Below are positions 58,928 through 64,000 of a stretch of DNA of 64,000 bases, piece after piece. Made by a program: the position numbers and the translations under genes. The stretch is taken from contig JACRHV010000003.1 of the NCBI GenBank assembly GCA_016211945.1, forward strand, positions 5,631 to 69,630, read 5' to 3'. The first letter of the stretch is position 1; each line of letters opens with the position of its first letter. This stretch comes from Minisyncoccota bacterium (GTDB lineage: Bacteria > Patescibacteriota > Microgenomatia > UBA1400 > UBA12028). The notes under the pieces are model-generated. The model had not been told where the DNA came from. It searched no databases and worked only from the letters and a program-made list of their open reading frames with translations.

Positions 58928-59763
58928 AGGAGACTCTTCACAATTTCAACGTTTTTTGCATCTGGGCCGTTGCCGTCAAAACCTGGAACTTCAAGAATAA
59001 GCGGAAGACGAGACAATAGCGGTTTCTGTAAAAATTTCTGTAAAATTCCTCGACCAATCATTCCTTCTCCAATATTTTCATGCCGATCTCGTCCACTTGC
59101 AAATGGATCGCGCGAATCATTCAAGTGAATAACTTTTAAGGCGTTTAATAATTGATATCGTTGCATTTCTGCATCAATCGTGAGCAAATCGTACCCCGCC
59201 GCAAAACCATGACAGGTGTCAAAACACCACCCTAACCGACCGTCTTTTACATATGTTGGCAGGGCATCAAAAATACGCCGAATATCCTCGAGTTTTGAAC
59301 ATAACTTCCCTTCTTGACCCGCCGAGTTTTCAATCAAAAAAGTGCTTGTTTTTGGCGTTGCATCCAAAATTGTTTTGAGTCGACCAACTAAGTCGTCAAA
59401 CACCGCATCAAACCCTTTGCCCAAATGGCTCCCCAAATGCACCACCACCCCACTACCGTGGATTTGCGCGCTATAGTGAAGATCATAGATAAGGCTTTTT
59501 ATCGAATTTTGGATGAGATCATCGCGATCACCAGTGAGGTTTACCAAGTACAACGCGTGAAGAATAACTGGGCCAAAGTCGTGATCTTTACAATAGGAAA
59601 TGAGGGCGTCTGCTTTTTCTTGGTCAAGCGGTTTGCGCGCCCATCCTCGAGGAGATCCAGAGAAAATCTGCAACGCGTTGCCACCCATTGCCACCATAGA
59701 CTTCGCCGCAGACACAAGTCCTTTGCCGACGGAAAGATGTGCGCCAATGCGTCTCTGTTGCAT
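58924..59763 (-). CDS. nfo: endonuclease IV (AP endonuclease family 2)
   Basis: 'IGAHLS...LQIFSGSPRGW' TIM-barrel Nfo N-terminus; 4-bp overlap with folD. Confidence 0.85.
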   Translation of the reverse strand: MQQRRIGAHLSVGKGLVSAAKSMVAMGGNALQIFSGSPRGWARKPLDQEKADALISYCKDHDFGPVILHALYLVNLTGDRDDLIQNSIKSLIYDLHYSAQIHGSGVVVHLGSHLGKGFDAVFDDLVGRLKTILDATPKTSTFLIENSAGQEGKLCSKLEDIRRIFDALPTYVKDGRLGWCFDTCHGFAAGYDLLTIDAEMQRYQLLNALKVIHLNDSRDPFASGRDRHENIGEGMIGRGILQKFLQKPLLSRLPLILEVPGFDGNGPDAKNVEIVKSLL

Positions 59764-59814
59764 ATGGTCAAGTGTAGCACAGCGTATGGTATACTCAGCA
59801 GCCTCCCAGAAAAT

Positions 59815-60777
59815 ATGCTCAATACTATAGAAAATGTTGTTGAATTAGGAGGTAGGATCATCGCCTCCAAAGAAGAGTTAGAGAAGAAACTCAAGAACGG
59901 TCTTATTATCGTTGTATCAACCATTCCAGATGAGATGGGTGTTGGCGGTGCTGGCGCAACGACGTTTCGAACAAAACTAGCCGAGATTTGCAACATACTT
60001 TTTGTTGAACATGCTGGAGCCGCTTTACGAAAATTCGCATATGAGTACTTTTTGGAATCTGGAACTCCTGAACAAAAAGAGAGAATGAAAAGTTTAGATC
60101 CCCGTGGTGACTTTAATGATTTTCCAGATGATCTCTTGGCTATTTATACGGAAAAATTCCGAGGACCAGAACAAGATAAACACGTAGATAAGGGTGTTAT
60201 CGATAGGGTCATACAAAAATTGAGGTTAAATAAAATCGTCGAAAATCCCACCATTGTCTGTGTTGACGCAAAGATAGGTCCACTCATTTTGGAAAAATTA
60301 TGGGAATTGCCGGAAGAGGAAAAGCCTGCGATTCTTTTTGTTGGTGTTCATGCAGATACTCAAGAAACAATCTTACGACAGCTTCAACGAGAAAATGCCA
60401 AGAGAAAGGAGATGATAAGAAAAGAAAATGAGAAAAGAAAGACTGAGAGTTTGTCTCCATTAGAATTCGTTCCCATGACTCAGGATGAATTATTGGCAAT
60501 ACGTAGTAATCGACTTATTGAAGAGGCAAAACGATATTTAGATGCTTACGGTATTGAGTATTCAAAAGAGTCCATGACGAAAGCAGTTCATCTCCTTATT
60601 AATTCCACCACTGCCTCTCCAGAAAAACAAGTTGAAGAACTACTCACATATCTTCGGATGCATCATCCTGAGTTGGCGCTGCCGTTACTCAATCAACTTA
60701 ATGTTGGTTTGTTAAAAATTCAGCAACTTCTTTTTTTACAGCTAGACATAGCTCGTCGGCTCGCATTTGCTGCTTAA
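59815..60777 (+). CDS. hypothetical protein (320 aa)
   Basis: start moved to Met 59815, because the upstream extension overlaps nfo on the opposite strand; no recognisable motif. Confidence 0.45.
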   Translation: MLNTIENVVELGGRIIASKEELEKKLKNGLIIVVSTIPDEMGVGGAGATTFRTKLAEICNILFVEHAGAALRKFAYEYFLESGTPEQKERMKSLDPRGDFNDFPDDLLAIYTEKFRGPEQDKHVDKGVIDRVIQKLRLNKIVENPTIVCVDAKIGPLILEKLWELPEEEKPAILFVGVHADTQETILRQLQRENAKRKEMIRKENEKRKTESLSPLEFVPMTQDELLAIRSNRLIEEAKRYLDAYGIEYSKESMTKAVHLLINSTTASPEKQVEELLTYLRMHHPELALPLLNQLNVGLLKIQQLLFLQLDIARRLAFAA

Positions 60778-62002
60778 AGTTCTTTATAAACTCGGCACGC
60801 TTAGTTTTCTCTTTAGGGAGTTTGTGTGTTTTCACTCGACCAATAACACGAGCAATCCAGTCCGCCACCTTTTCCATATCCTTCTCTTGTAATCCGATTG
60901 TTGTTATCGCGGGCGTACCTAATCGAACACCAGAGGGATAGAAAGGAGAGTTTGGTTCGTTGGGAACTGTGTTTTTGTTCGCGTACATACCTGCGCAGGC
61001 CATCGCATAGGCCACTTGCGTCCCACCGCCAAACTCGGAGAAATCCATAATCATGAGGTGATTCTCTGTTCCCCCACCCACCAGTTTCACACCGTGCGCG
61101 GTCAGTGCGCTCGCTAACGCTCGCGCATTCTTCACCACCCGCTTACCATATTCTCGAAATTCCGGCGTTGCTGCCTCACCCAACACCACCGCAATCCCAG
61201 CGGTTACGTTGTCGTGTGGCCCACCTTGCAAACCGGGGAATACGGCTTTGTCGATTTTCTCGGCCAACTCCGAATCTTTCAATAATCCCTTTTCCGTCAC
61301 CATAATCATAGCTCCACGTGGACCGCGCAGTGTCTTATGTGTTGTTGTCATAACCACATGTGCGAACGGAACTGGATTGGGATGCGCCTCAGCAACAACC
61401 AGACCCGCAACGTGTGAGATATCCGCCAACACATACGCCCCAACTTCTTCCGCTATCGCATAGAACTCTTTGAATGGCAGAATGAACGGATACGCCGTTG
61501 TTCCAATAATCATCAATTTTGGCTTGTGCTCATGCGCCAACCTCCGAATTTCATCAAGATTGATCCGAGCATCCTGTGTTAAACCATACTGTACGGTATT
61601 GAAAAACACTCCGCCAAACGTAACCCCAGGATGACCGTGCGTAAGGTGCCCCCCACTCGTTAACTTCATCCCGAGCAACGTATCTCCTGGACGCAAAATG
61701 GCCATCTGTACTGCGCTATTTGCCGGGCTCCCACTGTAGGGTTGAACATTGACGTGCGGCACTCCGAAAAGTTTTTTTGCGCGATTAACTGCGATATCCT
61801 CGATCTCATCAATCACATCATTTCCCTCATAGTACCGCCGACCTGAATATCCCTCAGAATATTTGTTCATGAGCGGCGAACCAACCGCACGAATCACATT
61901 TTTTGATGCAAAGTTTTCGGAAGGAATAAGTTGGAGACCTTCACGCTGGCGCGCAGACTCCTTCTCTATCAAGTGAAAAATAGGATCGATCATGTTTTGC
62001 AT
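60698..62002 (-). CDS. glyA: serine hydroxymethyltransferase
   Basis: 'HVVMTTTHKTLRGPRGAMI' PLP-Lys region. Confidence 0.9.
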   Translation of the reverse strand: MQNMIDPIFHLIEKESARQREGLQLIPSENFASKNVIRAVGSPLMNKYSEGYSGRRYYEGNDVIDEIEDIAVNRAKKLFGVPHVNVQPYSGSPANSAVQMAILRPGDTLLGMKLTSGGHLTHGHPGVTFGGVFFNTVQYGLTQDARINLDEIRRLAHEHKPKLMIIGTTAYPFILPFKEFYAIAEEVGAYVLADISHVAGLVVAEAHPNPVPFAHVVMTTTHKTLRGPRGAMIMVTEKGLLKDSELAEKIDKAVFPGLQGGPHDNVTAGIAVVLGEAATPEFREYGKRVVKNARALASALTAHGVKLVGGGTENHLMIMDFSEFGGGTQVAYAMACAGMYANKNTVPNEPNSPFYPSGVRLGTPAITTIGLQEKDMEKVADWIARVIGRVKTHKLPKEKTKRAEFIKNFKQQMRADELCLAVKKEVAEFLTNQH

Positions 62003-62008
62003 TGTACA

Positions 62009-62746
62009 CTATGCAAACTGCGTTTCCACCTCGTTTGCGACGTACGTTCCAATATCACTGCCAGTAACCGCTTTTCTCAAGTTTCCCGCCTTAAACAGCT
62101 CAAAAACCATGACCGGCATGTTGTTTTCCATACACATCGCCATCGCACTCGAATCCATCACCGCAATGTTCTCATTTTTCAAGATATCCATGAACTTGAT
62201 GGTCTTGTACCGTTTTGCATCGGTGTGTTTTACGGGGTCTTTATCATAGACACCGTCGACCTTTGTTGCCTTCATCACAACATCGCAATGGAGTTCGAGC
62301 GCATGGAGCGACGCACCAGTGTCCGTGGTAACATATGGAACCCCCGTGCCAGCCGCTAAGATGACTACACGCCCTTTCTCGAGGTGACGTAGGGCTTTAC
62401 GTCGAATGAATGGTTCTGCAACTGCGGGCATGGTGAGCGCAGATTGTACGCGTGTTGGTACCCCGACTTTTTCTAACGCATCCTGTAATCCAAGCGCATT
62501 CATGACCGTCGCAAGCATACCCATGTAATCGGCGGTTGCTCGATCAATTCCATTCTTTTCTCCAGCAACTCCACGGAAAATATTTCCACCGCCAATCACA
62601 ATGACCAACTGTGATCCAAGGTCGTATACATCTTTAATTTGACGCGCAACATCAAGTGCTGCTACAGGTGAGATGCCATACTCCCGGTCACCCATCAATG
62701 ACTCCCCTCCTACTTTCAGTAGAATTCGCTTAAACCGCATCGTCAT
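62009..62746 (-). CDS. pyrH: UMP kinase
   Basis: 'ILLKVGGESL', 'IVIGGGNIFRG'. Confidence 0.9.
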   Translation of the reverse strand: MTMRFKRILLKVGGESLMGDREYGISPVAALDVARQIKDVYDLGSQLVIVIGGGNIFRGVAGEKNGIDRATADYMGMLATVMNALGLQDALEKVGVPTRVQSALTMPAVAEPFIRRKALRHLEKGRVVILAAGTGVPYVTTDTGASLHALELHCDVVMKATKVDGVYDKDPVKHTDAKRYKTIKFMDILKNENIAVMDSSAMAMCMENNMPVMVFELFKAGNLRKAVTGSDIGTYVANEVETQFA

Positions 62747-62755
62747 AGATACTCC

Positions 62756-63385
62756 TTATGCCTGGACTAGACGTGTATGTACTGTTTTCCAAATTTTTTC
62801 TGCAATGTCATCGATACTTTTCTCTGCATTGACGACAACCCACCGCTTGTGGTCATTTTTCTTTGCAAGAGTGAGATAGGCTTCGCGTACTTTTTGATGA
62901 AAATCTTTTGTTTCCATATCTAGCCGATCCATTTTGTCTGTTTGCGCGCGGCGGCCTAACCCAACCTCCACGGAAACATCAAGTAAAAAGGTGATATCCG
63001 GATATGTTTCCCGTGTTGAAATGTTATTCAGCTGCTCAATGACTTCTACTCCAAATCCACGAACCATCCCCTGGTAGACAACTGAAGAATCGCGTGTTCG
63101 ATCCATCAACACGACTTTTTGTGCCTCTAAACTCGGAAGAACAAGCTCTCTGTACAGTTGCGCGCGTGCCGCCTGAAATAAAAGCACTTCTGTGGTGTAC
63201 GCAATGCCAATGTTTTTTGATGAAAGTACAACGTCACGAATCTGCTCAGAAATAACGGTTCCTCCAGGCTCGCGGACAACAACAACGTCAAATCCTTTTG
63301 CGACAAGTTTATCCCGAAGGCGCTTAATCTGAACAGTTTTCCCTGCTCCTTCACCACCTTCAAATGAAATGAGGTATCCCTTTTT
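62756..63385 (-). CDS. tmk: thymidylate kinase
   Basis: 'ISFEGGEGAGKT' P-loop; start at the internal Met. Confidence 0.85.
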   Translation of the reverse strand, partial: KKGYLISFEGGEGAGKTVQIKRLRDKLVAKGFDVVVVREPGGTVISEQIRDVVLSSKNIGIAYTTEVLLFQAARAQLYRELVLPSLEAQKVVLMDRTRDSSVVYQGMVRGFGVEVIEQLNNISTRETYPDITFLLDVSVEVGLGRRAQTDKMDRLDMETKDFHQKVREAYLTLAKKNDHKRWVVVNAEKSIDDIAEKIWKTVHTRLVQA

Positions 63386-63453
63386 CATGCTGGATAGTAT
63401 TGTGCCGTCCATCGGGAAGAAATGCAAGTCGATCATTCCACAGAAAAACAGCG

Positions 63454-64000
63454 TTATATTCTCACGGGCATTTGTTTTTTATTCGTTTCATCCAGAGGAA
63501 GAAGTTCTGTTCTTAGCCAATCCAATGTTTGATAAAGTTGTGCTCCCATAATGTAACAAACAAGTCTCATTTTGTCGTAAGGCGAAAGCGACCTATAGGG
63601 TTCATATTCATTCGTAACGTATTGCTGAGTTACGGCACCACCTCCGGCTTGAACATCAATGTTTATCACCGCCAAGTCGGGAGCATTATAAATTTCATAT
63701 GTAAGTTTCTCTACGATTGATGAGGCATGATCGCCCGCTAGAACACCGGTCATTGCAGGAACCGCAGCCAATCCAGCTAAATGACTTATGATTGCGTGGG
63801 GAGCATAATTTTCCTGTATGAAGGCTTGACAAAATTGTGCTACTCGTTCTGCGTAATCGTCTTCATTTTTATCTGGAAAACCTTCCATGTTTATTGGTTT
63901 TCCCAGTGTAACTTCCTCACCATTTGGCTTTTTAACATGCTCTGCGGTGTCACCACTTAAACATACTGCCGCAACTCTTTTCAACGCTTCCGGAGCATGC
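63454..64000 (-). CDS. hypothetical protein, N-terminus outside window
   Basis: ORF open to the window edge on the minus strand. Confidence 0.4.
   Translation of the reverse strand, partial: HAPEALKRVAAVCLSGDTAEHVKKPNGEEVTLGKPINMEGFPDKNEDDYAERVAQFCQAFIQENYAPHAIISHLAGLAAVPAMTGVLAGDHASSIVEKLTYEIYNAPDLAVINIDVQAGGGAVTQQYVTNEYEPYRSLSPYDKMRLVCYIMGAQLYQTLDWLRTELLPLDETNKKQMPVRI

Noticed and set aside
59425-59814. N-terminal 130 aa of the 450-aa ORF 59425..60777
   Set aside because: This part lies entirely antisense within nfo and has biased low-complexity composition (H/R-rich). The true start is most likely Met 59815, downstream of an extended -10 element.

Overview
The window is a gene-dense, mostly housekeeping stretch of a small bacterial genome. 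It uses the standard genetic code (TGA is a stop) and is roughly 45% GC. The many small hypothetical proteins and broken-up classical operons suggest a reduced genome such as CPR/Patescibacteria, but that is an inference, not something the sequence proves. Recognisable genes include gyrA (5' partial), a XerC/D-like recombinase, yebC, tgt and queA (divergent), a radical-SAM protein coupled to epmA, a PP-loop protein followed by murD and a NUDIX gene, lgt, a TraR-like gene, lspA and an RluA-family gene, tRNA-Leu(CAA), dnaB, hisS, hsp20, rpmE, prfA, htrA, ctpA, the rpsF-ssb-rpsR operon, ychF, cysS, hpf, recR, ybaB, dnaX, ybeY, rpsU, proS, prs, rpsT, rseP, frr, tsf, rpsB, folD, nfo, glyA, pyrH and tmk. 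The most interesting features are non-coding. Two T-box riboswitch leaders are readable directly from the sequence. Each has a canonical antiterminator with a 7-nt UGGNACC bulge and an overlapping intrinsic terminator. One (+ strand, about 26915-27178; UGGG bulge, matching tRNA-His C73) sits in front of an operon of a histidine-ammonia-lyase (MIO) homolog, a ThrC-like PLP enzyme, two small proteins and hisS. The other (- strand, about 52053-52340; UGGU bulge, matching tRNA-Pro A73) sits in front of a CsaA/Trbp111-like tRNA-binding protein and proS. Other notable points are a CIRCE-like inverted repeat upstream of hsp20, a 21-bp double half-site motif directly upstream of the -35 of two promoters, a radical-SAM enzyme translationally coupled to epmA, a QueC-like PP-loop protein translationally coupled to murD (candidate MurL-type partner), and a roughly 6-kb accessory-looking segment containing a tyrosine recombinase and a 1.4-kb non-coding AT-rich tract. 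No CRISPR array or intact IS element was seen.
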